Source: Xylographa opegraphella
Taxonomy: Eukaryota
Reading direction: 5' to 3'
Assembly: GCA_022813865.1 (NCBI GenBank)
Contig: JALDZX010000025.1
Coordinates: forward strand, 248,001 to 312,000
Length of the DNA stretch: 64,000 bases
Shown: one piece after another, positions 36,238-48,861 of the stretch
Layout of the letters: the number at the start of each line of letters is the position of its first letter
Position numbering within the stretch: position 1 is the first letter of the stretch
Translations under genes and position numbers: made by a program
Notes under the pieces: model-generated
Seen by the model: the letters and a program-made list of their open reading frames with translations, nothing else
What the model was told of the DNA's origin: nothing
The model's database searches: none

Positions 36238-38664
36238 CTATTCGCCGAATAGAGAATCTTTGTCCCCATCTGCATCGGCTTCGTCATCATAGTCCTCAAC
36301 TTCATCATCATCATCCTGGAGATCTCGTAACGAAGTTGCAAGTTGCTGCTCTTCTCGCAACTTCTGCCTCTTCTTTGCCCGCTCGGCCCTTGCAGAAGTC
36401 TCTGGGCTCTCCGCTCGCTTTTCACCCTGCTGCGATATCCCTTTCCGTATCACCTGGTTTTCTCTCTTTCTTGTCTGGGCCCTCTCGTAGGTCTCGATTT
36501 CAAGATTCCCCATGTGGCTAACGCCGGTGGAAGCCTTTGCGCCTCGTGTCTGGGCCGAAGTGATTGTTCCAGCATCATGCCTGATTTTCATCTGCCAAAG
36601 CCGATGAACAAGAGTATTTTCGTGACCCATTTTTCCAGCTGCCGGAGGAGTATTCCTCGTCGAATAATGAGGATAGCCTGGTGGACCCTGGCCGTACTGG
36701 ACGCAATAGTCGAGAAATTCCGTGGCTACGTTGAGCTCCCCTCGCGTGGAGAACATCATTCGATTGCTGGTGCGATACAACAATCCCATTTTCCTTCTGG
36801 GTTCCAGAGGGAGATCGCGCTGATCAACTTGAACATTCAGATCGTATACGACCTTCGGGAAGTCAAGGAACTTTTCAAAACAATACAAATGGACGTACCC
36901 GGCATTATGCATTGGATCATGGTAGTCATGAGTACTGGTCAACTCATCAAACGCGATACGATAATGGCCTTGGTTGATCGTGCCGTTGGACATAAAGCAA
37001 TGCAAAAAGCGGCAACGGCGGGATTCACTATAAGGATAGCGTGCGGCAGAGTCAGCCGGAAGGCGTTGAAGCCAGATCGTCATATCCGCCCGACGAGGAT
37101 TCTGGTACAAGAAGTCCTCAATTTCCCCGACAGTATAGTATGTCCCATTCTGAAGCTCACCACTGATGTCATACACATACTTTTTGCCATTGGTTGACGT
37201 CCAACTTTGAGGCGGAGCGGGAAGGCGATCATACGTACCTGGAGCAAGTGCGTTGTCCGCCCTCCTATTGTTTCCATCCAGGTTCATTTTTGAGCCAATA
37301 CGATTTGTTGGTAACGCTCTCCCACGGGGATCTTTTTTTCCAATTGTTTTCTTGCTCTCTCCAATCTGACTTGTGGTTTGCGCTCTTCTACGGCGAGGAT
37401 CGATGCGAGTAGTGTCTCTCCGGATTGGTACAGGAATTTTCGACGAAGGTCTTCTGATGTTGGTACTTGCAGCGCTGGTAGTCGTTCGACTGGTATTCTG
37501 CGGTGGTGTTGTAATTGGCGGGAATATCTCGCGGTCCAAATTATCCTCGATATCGTTATTAATTTGATAGAGTTTGCTCTGGTAAGGGTTGTCCGAATAG
37601 ATGTTTTCCTGGTACTGATTATCCTGACTGGGATTGGTAAAGTAGGGGTTGGCCGAGTGTAGACCGGTCTCACGAGATCTTCCTTGGTAGAGGTTGTCCC
37701 AAGCCTGAATCATTGGCTCATCGAAGTTCGTAGCAGCTCGTCCATAGGTTTGAGCCCGAGTACGGGCAGTGGGCCGACTTAGATTAGTACTCGCTGGTCT
37801 ATGGGGCTTGGCCCATGGGTATTCCTTGTCTTGTTCGGAAACTTGGGGAGAGAAAGATGGGGATGCCCAGGTGTTGAACGGGCTCGCACGGTGGGGGATC
37901 GAAGGACTTTGAACATTAAGGCTACGACCAACCTCGTATCTCGGCTGCGCTGATTGGGACTTCTGCTTGTATATGTCTGATAGAGCCAGATCTTCCGCAG
38001 CGTCGTCCTCGGCTCCCTTGGTGTATCCTTTTCCGATGTAAAGAAACGTTGAATCGATAGGGTCAGGAAGTGTGTAGCCATTAACGCCGAAGTGTCCACG
38101 AGCTGGGGAATTGAGACCAAGCCAAGATGAGTACAGATTAGTCTTTAGCATGTCAGTCCATTCCTGTGGATTACAAACATCATCCGTCGAAGAACGATTC
38201 TTCGGTTGATGATGACTTACCAGCTCAGTATTGCCTTGTCGCGCCAGGGTTGGCATTATAAAAGTTTGAGTCGGATTGGCGAAAGTGGGAGGTAGTATTT
38301 GAGATCGAACAGATTGCGAATAAGGATGAGCAGGCGATGAGTATGGATATGGCGAGGGGTCATTACTTTGGGATTGATTGTAAGACTCGGCCATCGAGGT
38401 ATCTGACTCTCCAAAGAGATCAATTGATTCGGAAACATTCTCCGTCAAGATTGTGCGAAGGGGTTCATCATCTGAAGCCACTTCAGCTTGAATAGATTCA
38501 GGCGGAGGGCTTTCACTAGTGACCTCTTCGTAAACTTTGTCCATGTCCATTGCGAAGAGATTTGTGTTGCCCAAATAATCAAGATCAGGAAAGTCTTGAA
38601 CATCAGAGCCGTCAAAAGGAGGGCCGTAATCCGGAATCTGCTCGTCATCGCCTGTATGAGCCAT
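36238..38664 (-). CDS. Fungal hypothetical protein with disordered N-terminus and Cys/His-containing C-terminal domain
   Basis: ~808-aa intronless ORF from ATG 38664; block TIWLQRLPADSAARYP..CRFLHC..GHYRIAFDE..DPMHNAGYVHLYCFEKF; acidic tail. Confidence 0.85.
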   Translation of the reverse strand: MAHTGDDEQIPDYGPPFDGSDVQDFPDLDYLGNTNLFAMDMDKVYEEVTSESPPPESIQAEVASDDEPLRTILTENVSESIDLFGESDTSMAESYNQSQSNDPSPYPYSSPAHPYSQSVRSQILPPTFANPTQTFIMPTLARQGNTELVSHHQPKNRSSTDDVCNPQEWTDMLKTNLYSSWLGLNSPARGHFGVNGYTLPDPIDSTFLYIGKGYTKGAEDDAAEDLALSDIYKQKSQSAQPRYEVGRSLNVQSPSIPHRASPFNTWASPSFSPQVSEQDKEYPWAKPHRPASTNLSRPTARTRAQTYGRAATNFDEPMIQAWDNLYQGRSRETGLHSANPYFTNPSQDNQYQENIYSDNPYQSKLYQINNDIEDNLDREIFPPITTPPQNTSRTTTSAASTNIRRPSSKIPVPIRRDTTRIDPRRRRAQTTSQIGESKKTIGKKDPRGRALPTNRIGSKMNLDGNNRRADNALAPGTYDRLPAPPQSWTSTNGKKYVYDISGELQNGTYYTVGEIEDFLYQNPRRADMTIWLQRLPADSAARYPYSESRRCRFLHCFMSNGTINQGHYRIAFDELTSTHDYHDPMHNAGYVHLYCFEKFLDFPKVVYDLNVQVDQRDLPLEPRRKMGLLYRTSNRMMFSTRGELNVATEFLDYCVQYGQGPPGYPHYSTRNTPPAAGKMGHENTLVHRLWQMKIRHDAGTITSAQTRGAKASTGVSHMGNLEIETYERAQTRKRENQVIRKGISQQGEKRAESPETSARAERAKKRQKLREEQQLATSLRDLQDDDDEVEDYDDEADADGDKDSLFGE

Positions 38665-39910
38665 CTTGCAGAAAAGACCTAGGAGATTACTATTGAGACT
38701 GTTGTCGAAGAAAGTTGGCTTGAGAAGTGTATCGAAATGTATCGAAATGTAGAAGGTGGAAAATATCAAGGAGAAGATGTTGTTGTTGATGGAAGAGCTC
38801 AAATGTTTCTAATACTATTATAACATTAACCCATAGATATCAGTTGGGAGACTCCTTTATCTCGAATACATGGCTTGCGGGCAGATCCACATCGTGGCTT
38901 GTCGCTGATAACAAGGACAATAACGAAAATTACTTATAAACATGAATTCAAAGGATGAAAGACTGTATAAACTCTTTGTCAAGAAGGAAAATTGAATGCG
39001 ATGCTCTATCTGTTTGTGGAGGTGACCAAGTTGGAAGGGAATGCAAGTGTGCCCACTCAGCTGCTGGCTCCAGTAATGTACAATATATTACAACATAGGT
39101 ATGCTCGGTTGGAACTACTAGGTCCGAGTGGCCTAGAGTTCAAAGTCATTCGAGCTGACAATCCATTTCAACCCATAATCCGAGCTCGTTTGTACGTCAG
39201 ACTCCATGTTCGAGATGTTTTCCACTCATGGTATCCTGAACTTGTCGGGCAGATGGCGAAGCCACCAAGTCTTGACTCCTGCACAATGTAATCTGAGGCA
39301 CTCCTTCGCATCCCGCGTGTATCTCCCAATCAGTTGATATACTTGCAGACCTCAATTGAGTCCGATTCTGCACTACGTCCAAGTTATTTCGGTCACTGGG
39401 AGAGTCAAGCCCAGCACTGGCAATGCATAGGACCTCGAGTGACATAGTCGCACAGAATGGTACTCCTACTGCTACTCCTGTACCATAGACCTCTCAATCA
39501 AAGCCGCGCGCTTCAAGGACAAAACAAAGAGTTCGGAACAAGGACAGTAGCACATATAACAAAGCTTCTTGAAAAGTGGCATGGAAGAGTTATTGTATTC
39601 CAGCTTCGGAAAAACTAAAATCATCATAATCGGCTACGGATATTGGACTCTGGAATAATTACCTACTTTGATGAGTTATGGAACTCAAGGTGCTCTAGCG
39701 AATCTTGATATCGGCAATCGTCCCTTGGCCAGCCGCGCTAGTACAAAAAGGCTCGAGCTTTGTTTACCTTACTTTACTTACTTGGCTATCGGGCGTAGGC
39801 CGGAGAACCACCGCACGACGACAATACATAAATAGTCTATAACGTGTAAAGCGCGTGTTCCATTGCTCCGGAATCAGGAATTCCGTCAAGTCTCGTCCTC
39901 GCAGTATTGA

Positions 39911-41750
39911 ATGGAACCAATCTTCAGAATACCTGCTTCTCCCGGGACACCACTTTTCCCAGTGTCTCCGGACCGCGTCAATCGCCAACAACTCCCACAC
40001 TCGCCGTCAAGGCAATCGGATCTCTCTTTCCTGCAAGATGAACCCTTTAAGACTTATCATTCGCGAAATTCTTCTGATGTGCAAGGAAAGGTAGCTCAGT
40101 TCAATAATCTAAGTAAAGAGGCTAGCCAGCGGCGTAAGGATAATGAGGCTGCTCTCAAGAGGGCTGTGGTGGGGAGGGAAGAGGCTGAAAGTGAGACAAG
40201 ACGGCTGAAAGATGAGACTCGATCTTTACGGAAAGAAGTAGAAGAGGGAATCCTAAGAGAACGCAGGGTGGGGGAGCGCATGGAGACTGTTATGGTACTG
40301 TCATGAAGAAATGCCCACAGCTTATGACTGGTACTAAATCGTTCCCCAACAGGAAGAGATGCAGAGATTGAAAGAAACACAAGCCCATTCTCAGGCACTG
40401 TATGAGAAAGAGGTCAGGCGGGCAAGGAAAGAGGCTTTCAAGTCATCGAGCGCCCTCGTCAAGTTACAAGAAGAGCTAAAGACAACGAGAAACAAGTTCA
40501 CCTTAATGAGGGAAGATGCTGAAACTTACAAGCGCAAGCTGGAAAGCCGCGATCAAGAGACGTTCACGGCACAATACCAACTGGTAGGATTACAAGAGGA
40601 ATTAGAAGCAGTAAGACAACAAGTGAAGATTGTAGAGGAAGAGAGGGACCTACTCAAGGAGAATCTGAAGGAGGAAGAGGTAGCAAGGATTGCTGCAGAG
40701 GGGAAAATATCACTACCACCGTCAATCGAAAATGACGAATTCTCTTCGCCGCGGAAGTCCAGGAGAGAAAGTGGTAAGGAGAACATGGACCCTATACGGT
40801 ACGAATCTGAGGACGATGGAGACGAACTTACACGACTGAAGTTGGAATTGACGCGAGAAAAGCGACGAGGAATCAAGGCAGTCCGCTTGATCGATTTCAT
40901 GAAAGTGGAATGTCAGTTCAATCGCTGTTCGTGTCATATCGCTGCACGGCAAAGCAAGGACAGCTCTCATAGCCACAATGATAAAGCTCAAACAAGGCCA
41001 ATTGAGCAAGAGGAGGCTAGTGATGGAGACAATCTGCAAGACACCCCTATCACGCCTGCGCAGGCTTCAAATCGGACCACTGCTCAGCACGAGGACCACG
41101 ATCAACCAGTGGTAGATTCAGAACCATTAATAGAGTTTTCTCCGACAACTGGCACATTCAGAACTGTGCCATCTCCTATGCGAGACTCGCCCTCGGAACT
41201 CCCTACGCCATCACGCTTGTTTTCTGAAGAATCCGCATTTCTGGCACCTCCACTCAACCCTACTGCACTGTCCGAATCTCCCTCCTTCCTATCTCTTGGC
41301 GCGAACCCGTTGCAACCTGCAATCTCTACTGAGCAACAACTGCTTGACTTGCCTCAGGACTCCAGTCCTAACATGGCTACTGTACCACATCCAGAATCAA
41401 CACCCTACACTCCGCGTACCCCGGCTCAGCACCTTCCATTCCGTCCGCAAACCGCCGGCCCGTCTCGCATTATTAGCACCACCACAACAACTACCATTCC
41501 TCTAGCAGATCCGTACACACCTGCTAAGATGCCGTACAGTCCAGGTGCCAACACTCTGCCTTACAGTCCGGCCTCGACGATGACGAGGGAGCAAGCGCTT
41601 GAGCAGATTCGTCAGCGGAGAGGCAGAGCGCGGAGTATTGCTGCTGGAAATGGAACGCCGCGGAAGCCGATGTTCGACGCGCGCAGGGATATCAGTGCTC
41701 CTACGGTGGGATCGGCAAAGAGGCATCGAATCGGTGCACAATGTTCATAA
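39911..41750 (+). CDS. Fungal coiled-coil protein
   Basis: NEAALKRAVVGREEAE, YEKEVRRARKEAFKSSS, LKEEEVARIAAEGKI, DFMKVECQF, MTREQALEQIRQRRGRARS; intron 40295-40352. Confidence 0.88.
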
Positions 41751-41972
41751 GTACCTCTTGTTGCTGTGCTCTATTTTGAGGATTGAAGAGGCGAGCGTAG
41801 GAGCGAGCATGCGTTTAATTCTTTTCCCTGTTCAAGTATGATACGAATATTCCAGATTATTTTATACATCTTACTGTATATGTGCCTATCAGGTCTTCGA
41901 GATCTCGTCACAATGCATTGATTCATTTACGATAACGTCCCGCTCCATCCCAACCCCTATTCACACCCTTCC

Positions 41973-43025
41973 CTACAACTTCGTCCGGCCCCATACACTA
42001 CCCCCATCCACTGTGATACACGCGCCATTTACATGCTTACTTGCCCGACTTGCCAGAAACACAACCAACCCGGCAATATCTTCCGGTTCGCCGAGGCTGC
42101 CGTCGGGCACCTCCGCTGCCAGCTTCTTGGCTCCGCCTTGTAGCTCCATCAGGCCGTTCGCCATTTTTGACGGGAAGAAGCCCGGCGCGATGGCGTTGGT
42201 GATGATATGCCGGGGGCCCAGGTCGACGGCTAAGTTACGCGCTAGGTGGATGGCAGCAGCTTTGGAGGCGGAGTAGCCAAAGGTGGCAGACTCGCCGAGG
42301 GAGCCGATCCCGATACCGGCGATAGAGGCTGTGATGATGACGCGGGAGGGAGAGGAGAGCGTGGCGTGGGATTGGAGGAGAGGCGCAAAGCTGGGTTGAG
42401 GAGTCAGCACTGGAAGAAGATCTGGAGAGTTCGTAGATAGAGAATGTATCGGATATACTGAATGGGGAAAGATAATAGATGAAAGAGGCCTCCAGCACTA
42501 AACACAACGTGTATCATGGAAGAGACGTACAGTCTTATAGTATTGAATACGCTTTTGACATTTAAATCCATAACTTTGCCGAAGGCGCTGTCGGGGTGGG
42601 TGTCGAATTTCTCCCCCCAGCTCGCTCCTGCGTTGGCGAAGAGAATATCAACATGATCTGTTGTCTTCGCAACTTCAGCAACGAGGCGCTCGACCTCGGA
42701 GACTTTGGCAGAGTCGGCAGGAACGGATATGGCGCGGGCGTCGGGGTGCTTATTCGGAAGAGCGTTGAGGGCCGCGCAGGCGGAGTCGCAGGCGGAGGCC
42801 TTGCGGGAGGTGATGTAGACTTTGGAGCATCCGGCTTGAAGCAGACTAGGTCACAATTAGCTGCTGAACGGTCGAGGCTTGATTAATGAGTTCGGTGGCA
42901 TACCCGGACGCGGCGTGGAGACCAAGACCTCTGGATCCACCTGTTATGACGGCGACTTTGCCTTCGAGGGAGAAGATGCTCTTGAAGTTTTTGAGCTGCA
43001 CTTGAGCTTCTGCTTCTGATGCCAT
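41973..43025 (-). CDS. Short-chain dehydrogenase/reductase
   Basis: VITGGSRGLG, FANAG, YSASK (YxxxK), NAIAPG, ITVDGG; introns 42846-42903 and 42391-42530. Confidence 0.95.
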
Positions 43026-43520
43026 CTTGAAATTGGAAGTGACGGATTGAAGGCGAAGCTCGAATATGTGAATCTATTGAAAGCAAAAGAATTGCTTGGG
43101 ATCAGCATTGTTGAATACAACGGCCTGTGAGGGGAGCCGAGGACTGGCCGAGGTCCAGAGTTGCCGTGAAGCTCAACGGCCAGCCAATCGGGAAGAGCCG
43201 TTGAGTCTATTAGGACTATTATTGCTTTGCAGGAGTGACTTCGTTTGTGCTTCGTCTTACTCTGCATGACATATTTCTTGCAGACGAGCTGCTGCCTCAA
43301 TACATGTGGAGGCGTGACCCGTAAGCATGTCTGAGACAATTACATAGGTTTATCGTCGTGAGCGGGAACTTCTATTGAGAACTGCGCATTTCGCTGTTGT
43401 ATCTTGTAACTCACTTAAACCCATCGGGTCATCCCATCAGGCATCCTGGGAAATGAAGCTTGACTTTTAGTACATTGAGGAAGCTTTGGATTTCTGTCCT
43501 TCAGTGGCTTTCTCTCATAC

Positions 43521-45318
43521 AATGTATTTCTTCGCAAGCATGTACTTGAACATGCCAGTAATGGACCTGCGTCCCATCCTTACGGCTATTGGTCTTCTTG
43601 TTTCAGGCATTGTTGTCACTTTTCTTATCAAGCTATATAAAGCGCGGATAATGTTCGTTCGGCTTCGAAGGCAGGGTTTGGTAAGTGGCAATCGCGCACA
43701 CCATGCTCAGCTCAGAACATCGCCATCTGCCTATCATTTGGCTGATCAGTAATGCAGCATATGCCACCGCACAGCTTTCTGTTCGGTCATCTCAAGGTAG
43801 TCAATGATCTACTACAGAGGATACCGGACGATTGCCATCCTCACTACTATCTTGAGACGCTCCGGCAAGACTATCCTGACCTGCCTGATCCCTTTTATCT
43901 CGACTTATGGCCTTTCGGTGAACCTATGCTTCTGGTTGGCACACCGGATATCGCTAGCCAATTCACACAAGAGCACAGTCTACCAAAGCTCGAGGGATTG
44001 CGAGTATATCTTCAGCCACTGGCAGGCGATAAAAACCTGCTCACGATGGAGGGTAAGGAATGGAAGACATTGCGGGGCATTTATAATCCAGGCTTTGCAG
44101 CCAGTCATCTGATGACTCTTGTTCCTGGAATTGTGGAGGACGCTTTGGACTTTTCCGCAACGCTTAAGAAGTATGCGGATTTAGCGGGCATGTTCAAGTT
44201 GGAAGAGTTGGCTACTAGGGTAACAGTGGATGTTATTGGGAGGGTAGTGCTGTATATCTTGCTTTCCAAAAGTCTTCAGGAAATTGAAAAGCTGACATGC
44301 CACAAGCGACACGAAAATGAACACTCAACACTCCGAGAACGACTTCGTATCTGGCCTCAGAAGTCAAGTCAAGTGGCTTGCGATTGGAAATGAAATCAAT
44401 CCTTGGAAGAAGTGGAACCCAATCCGTCCCTTCGTGTTCCAGTACAACACGAGGCGCATGGATAAATGGCTCTCCAAAGCGCTCGATGAACGATTTACCT
44501 TGCGCCAATCTCTAGGGGAAGCTGCAATGCTGAAGCGCAGTAAACCCGTCATTGATCTTGCTCTGGATACCTATCTTCTTACTCAAGGTCTCGATGAGAA
44601 AAGCGTGCGTCCAATGGACGATACGTTCAAGACTATGTCTATGAATCAAATTAAGCTTTTCCTCTTCGCCGGGCATGACACTACCAGCAGCACTTTGTGT
44701 TACATGTATTACTTGCTTCAGAAAAACCCCAAAGTACAAGAAAAACTCCATACGGAGCTTGACAACGTCTTTGGTACCGACTTGACGAAGACAGCTAGCC
44801 TCATCAGCGAGAACCCGCACGTGCTTAACAAGCTTGTGTACACCGTCGCAGTGATCAAAGAAACGCTTCGGCTTTTCGCCCCGGCATCGTCTGTCAGAAT
44901 AGGAGAACCAGGCTTCTTTCTCAATGTGGACGGCGTTCAATACCCCACGGAGGGCGTTGCTGTCTGGTCCGTCGCGCGTGCCTCACATCACAATCCGGCC
45001 TTCTGGCCAGAAGTGGAAGCCTTTTTGCCCGAGCGGTGGCTTGTTCCCGAAGGAGACCCCTTATACCCTGTCAAAGGCGCCTTTCGTCCATTCGAGTTCG
45101 GCCCTCGCAACTGTATCGGCCAGGAAGTGGTGATGCTGGAATCCAGGATCATCGTGGCCCTCACGGTTCGGGAGTTTATTGTTGAGCCATCGTATGCAGA
45201 GTTCGATAAGAGGATGGGCCGCATGTCGAAGACGGTCAATGGGGAAAGGGCGTATCAGGTTCTTCTCGGATCGGCGAAACCGGTGGACGGGATGCCTTGT
45301 CGGGTTCGTATGAGATGA
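43521..45318 (+). CDS. Cytochrome P450 monooxygenase (resembles the StcS/VerA-like group)
   Basis: N-terminal anchor, MPPHSFLFGHL, FAGHDTT, KETLR, PERW, FEFGPRNCIG; introns 43681-43757 and 44252-44306; start ATG uncertain (43521, 43540, 43552 or 43561). Confidence 0.93.
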
Positions 45319-45704
45319 GTGATTGTGGATTGGTGTTCAGGCATGGAGGATATCCATCTCGAATAATTGTTGCGTCTAAATACAACCATTGATACTGGGC
45401 ATCCTGTACGAAGTAAAGTGTCAAAGAAAAACACCTTTTCTGATTTCAATACTGAGGAATTTAAAATTGTACATATCTTCTCTATAACCATTTTCTATGG
45501 CCTGTGCTGCATCACTTCTACTGTATCTAAACTAAATTGATGCTTACTCGATGAAAGGGGCCAGTCGGAAAGTTTCCGCACTTGCCAGGAGCACCCCGCG
45601 TTCCTCGGCACCAGCAGCAACAACAGCTATTGAGCCGACCGGAGCACAAAGGCTACGACCCAAATGGAACAAAGGACATCTAAGTCTAATGCTCATAGTC
45701 AACG

Positions 45705-47009
45705 ATGCCACAACTGCTCAAGCTAGCGGTCGCTCAATCACGCACCCTATCCACCACCACCGAAACGCTTGAAGCCCTCGCCTCTACCACCCAAGATGCC
45801 GCCCGGCAGGGCATACATCTCATTCTCTTCCCAGAGGCATACCTTGGTGGCTACCCCCGCACATGCACCTTTGGAGCTGCAGTTGGAGCCCGGGATCCTG
45901 CCGGTCGGGAGCAATTTCTACAACACTTCCATAGCGCCGTTGATCTAGGAGACACGCCTGTGGGGGCGGGCGATGAGTGGGTGGAGAGGAGGTTACCGGT
46001 TGCAAAGGATAAAGGACACAGGGGCGATGGCATTAGGGAAGAACTGGAGCGCATTGCTCGAGATACCGGCGTCTTTGTCGTGACAGGCCTTATCGAGCGC
46101 GCAGGCGGGAGCCTCTACTGCGCCGTGGTCTACGTGTGTCCTCAGCTCGGGATCATAGGGAAGAGAAGGAAGGTGATGCCTACAGGGAGTGAGCGCCTGA
46201 TATGGGCGCAGGGTTCGCCGTCGACATTGAGAGCTGTCACAACCACCATCGCTGGTGTAAGACTGACGTTGGCAGCGGCAATCTGCTGGGAAAACTATAT
46301 GCCACTGCTAAGGTATTCTCTCTACTCGCAGAATGTGAACCTGTATCTGGCACCTACAGCCGATGCAAGGGATACTTGGTTGCCGCTGATGAGGACGATT
46401 GCATGTGAAGGGCGGGCGGTAGTGCTGAGTGCGAACCAGTGCGTGAGAAGAAGGAATCTTCCGCAATGGATTCAGGGAGATCAGTCGGTGGATAAGGAGC
46501 ATAGAAACAGCTCCAAAGCTCAGCCTACGAAGCCTTCAAGGAGACGTTGTTCGACAATAACGAAGACGGACGATAACCATGAGATCAATTGGCCGTCCGC
46601 AAGCGCTCAGTCAGATGGCGAAAGGCACTCGAATGGCTCAATGGATCTAGAAGACTCGCACTTAGAATCACGACATCAACCGAGACGGAGATCCATCATC
46701 ACCAGGACTGCAGACAACCATGAAATTGTTCTGCCAGCAGCCCCCGCGTCAATAGCAGAGAAGCTTATGACTGATGACGGAGATGATGATGATTTTGTAT
46801 GTCAGGGTGGTTCTTGTATCATTGATCCGACGGGGACAGTTGTCGCAGGACCCTTGTGGAAAGTAGAAGACGGGGGTCTTCTCACTGTTGAGGTCGACTT
46901 TGAGGATTGCGAGAGAGGGAGGCTGGACCTGGATGTCGCAGGCAGCTATTCGCGGAACGATTCTTTCAGGCTTGAGGTTACAGGCTTAGATATAAATCCT
47001 CCGCCATAA
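45705..47009 (+). CDS. Nitrilase (carbon-nitrogen hydrolase superfamily)
   Basis: Catalytic triad FPEAY (E), KRRKVMPT (K), ICWENYMP (C); C-terminal [13 protein letters not shown]. Confidence 0.95.
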   Translation: MPQLLKLAVAQSRTLSTTTETLEALASTTQDAARQGIHLILFPEAYLGGYPRTCTFGAAVGARDPAGREQFLQHFHSAVDLGDTPVGAGDEWVERRLPVAKDKGHRGDGIREELERIARDTGVFVVTGLIERAGGSLYCAVVYVCPQLGIIGKRRKVMPTGSERLIWAQGSPSTLRAVTTTIAGVRLTLAAAICWENYMPLLRYSLYSQNVNLYLAPTADARDTWLPLMRTIACEGRAVVLSANQCVRRRNLPQWIQGDQSVDKEHRNSSKAQPTKPSRRRCSTITKTDDNHEINWPSASAQSDGERHSNGSMDLEDSHLESRHQPRRRSIITRTADNHEIVLPAAPASIAEKLMTDDGDDDDFVCQGGSCIIDPTGTVVAGPLWKVEDGGLLTVEVDFEDCERGRLDLDVAGSYSRNDSFRLEVTGLDINPPP

Positions 47010-47355
47010 GTATTTGTGGCAAGACTGCTTGAGCGAAGAGTGTGGGTGTACTGGGGTATGTCGAAAAACTGGGGCCACGTAATGGTAGACATTGTAGATA
47101 GTAGCAAAATCTTATTGTCGCAGCAAGCTGTGCAACATCTCCTACAATTCAAGTGCAGCTGATGATTGAGTGAGTAACTTGGTGTTTTTGTAGGGTTTCG
47201 AGGTTCAGCGTATCCAGGTCCTAATCGGGGGAGCGCATCAACACATGCGCTTGAATTTGCTCACAGTTCTACCGTGCCGGTAGCACGACTCTACCAAAAC
47301 GTCAAGCATATGACCAGCATCGTATTCAGACTGGATTTCCAGCAAGAAAATAGCG

Positions 47356-47891
47356 ATGCCCCCAAATGATGCAAAGGTTGCCGCTAAACGCAAAGCGCCG
47401 TCCTTCAAGCCACCTCGTCCTGCTGCGAAGTCCAAGGAGTCTGCCATCAAAGCTACGCCTCGCCGTAAATCAGCGCCAGCTCGACCAGCACAGTCGCTGT
47501 CTAGTTCGGATGAAGATGATGAACTAGAAGCGACTCGGGACTCGAGTCCAGAAGCCACAAACAATACGACAACTTTACCGGGTGTCCCTCCAACAATACC
47601 TCCAGAGCTTCTCACCACGCTCCTAAAGCATCATTTCGAAGACAAGCAGATACGAATCCGCGCAGATGCTAAAGCCGTCATCGGAAAATACATGGAAACT
47701 TTCGTGAGGGAGGCGATAGCTCGGGCAGCATTTGAAAGGAGTGAAGCTACAAATGGTCAAGGAAGAGGTGGAGACTTTCTCGAGGTAGGCAGGATCAGAA
47801 CACGGATTCATGAGCTCTTGAGCTTACAGTACTTTATTACTAGGTGGAGGACTTGGAGAAGCTTGCGCCGCAACTGCTCCTTGACTTTTGA
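47356..47891 (+). CDS. mhf2: CENP-X / MHF2 histone-fold protein
   Basis: IPPELLTTLLKHHF..KYMETFVREAIARA..FLE|VEDLEKLAPQLLLDF*; intron about 47785-47843. Confidence 0.9.
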
Positions 47892-48861
47892 GCAGAATAC
47901 TTACACATGGCGGTCGGCTCACCAACGTCAATCTTACCACAACACATGACAAATGAACAGGGACTGATTGGATGGGATTGAAATGCATATCGAAGGAAGG
48001 ATCCGGGATACTTGCAAAGAGTAATGCATGCCTTGAATTTGGAATCTGGGTAATCACAAGTGTCACAATTGGCCACTTTCAATGCTGAGGATCATAGACA
48101 GATGTCTGATCGTGCCCAAAGGGACCACCCGGCCACGACCGCAGCACCGAAATAGATGATACCAGCGGGCGTTATTCCTCTTCTAGAAGGATGATTCGTG
48201 GCGTGGTAGCTCAATTTGGACATGCGCAAGCCGGTGCGTCGCCCAAACACAGAAGTGCGAGATTTGCGACACTTCTCAAACACCAGGCGTATCCCGAAAT
48301 GGTCGACGTTCATGCAAGGCACCCGCCATCCCACATGCACACCACAATGCCACAGCAGACAGACTTCATCGTGATAGCAGCTGAAAGCAATGAGAGATGC
48401 ATCGTCGGTTTAGATCAAGCAATGTGTGCATATTCCTTACAATCTTATGTGAAGATTCGATATTATCGCGATCCTGCTCGAAAATCACCACTCTCGATGT
48501 TTTCGGTCTTCATCCTCAAAAGACGACAGCATGAACTCGGTCGGGGGGCTGAAACTTGATGCGTTCCCAATGAGCAACGTTCCTTAATCCGGAACCAGAT
48601 CTTAGCAATGCGCACTTTCAATGGCGTCGTAACTCATCTCTGCCTTGATGTATATAGCTCATCGCCCAGGTCCGCATGGTTACCACACCTTCTCTCATCC
48701 GTCAGTCGTCGTTTATATCCGTTCCTTCGTATCTTGTGCTCTACTTTCGTTTGTGCTCGACGCATACTCTTAACTGTCGTTCTATACCAGCCATTCTCTT
48801 TTCCAGTATACTCATTCGTATTTGAAAGCGCTAGTCGCAGTCAATCTTTTACGCTGCCATT

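Noticed and set aside
36343..37197. 284-aa plus-strand ORF
   Set aside because: Antisense to the long minus-strand gene; no independent support
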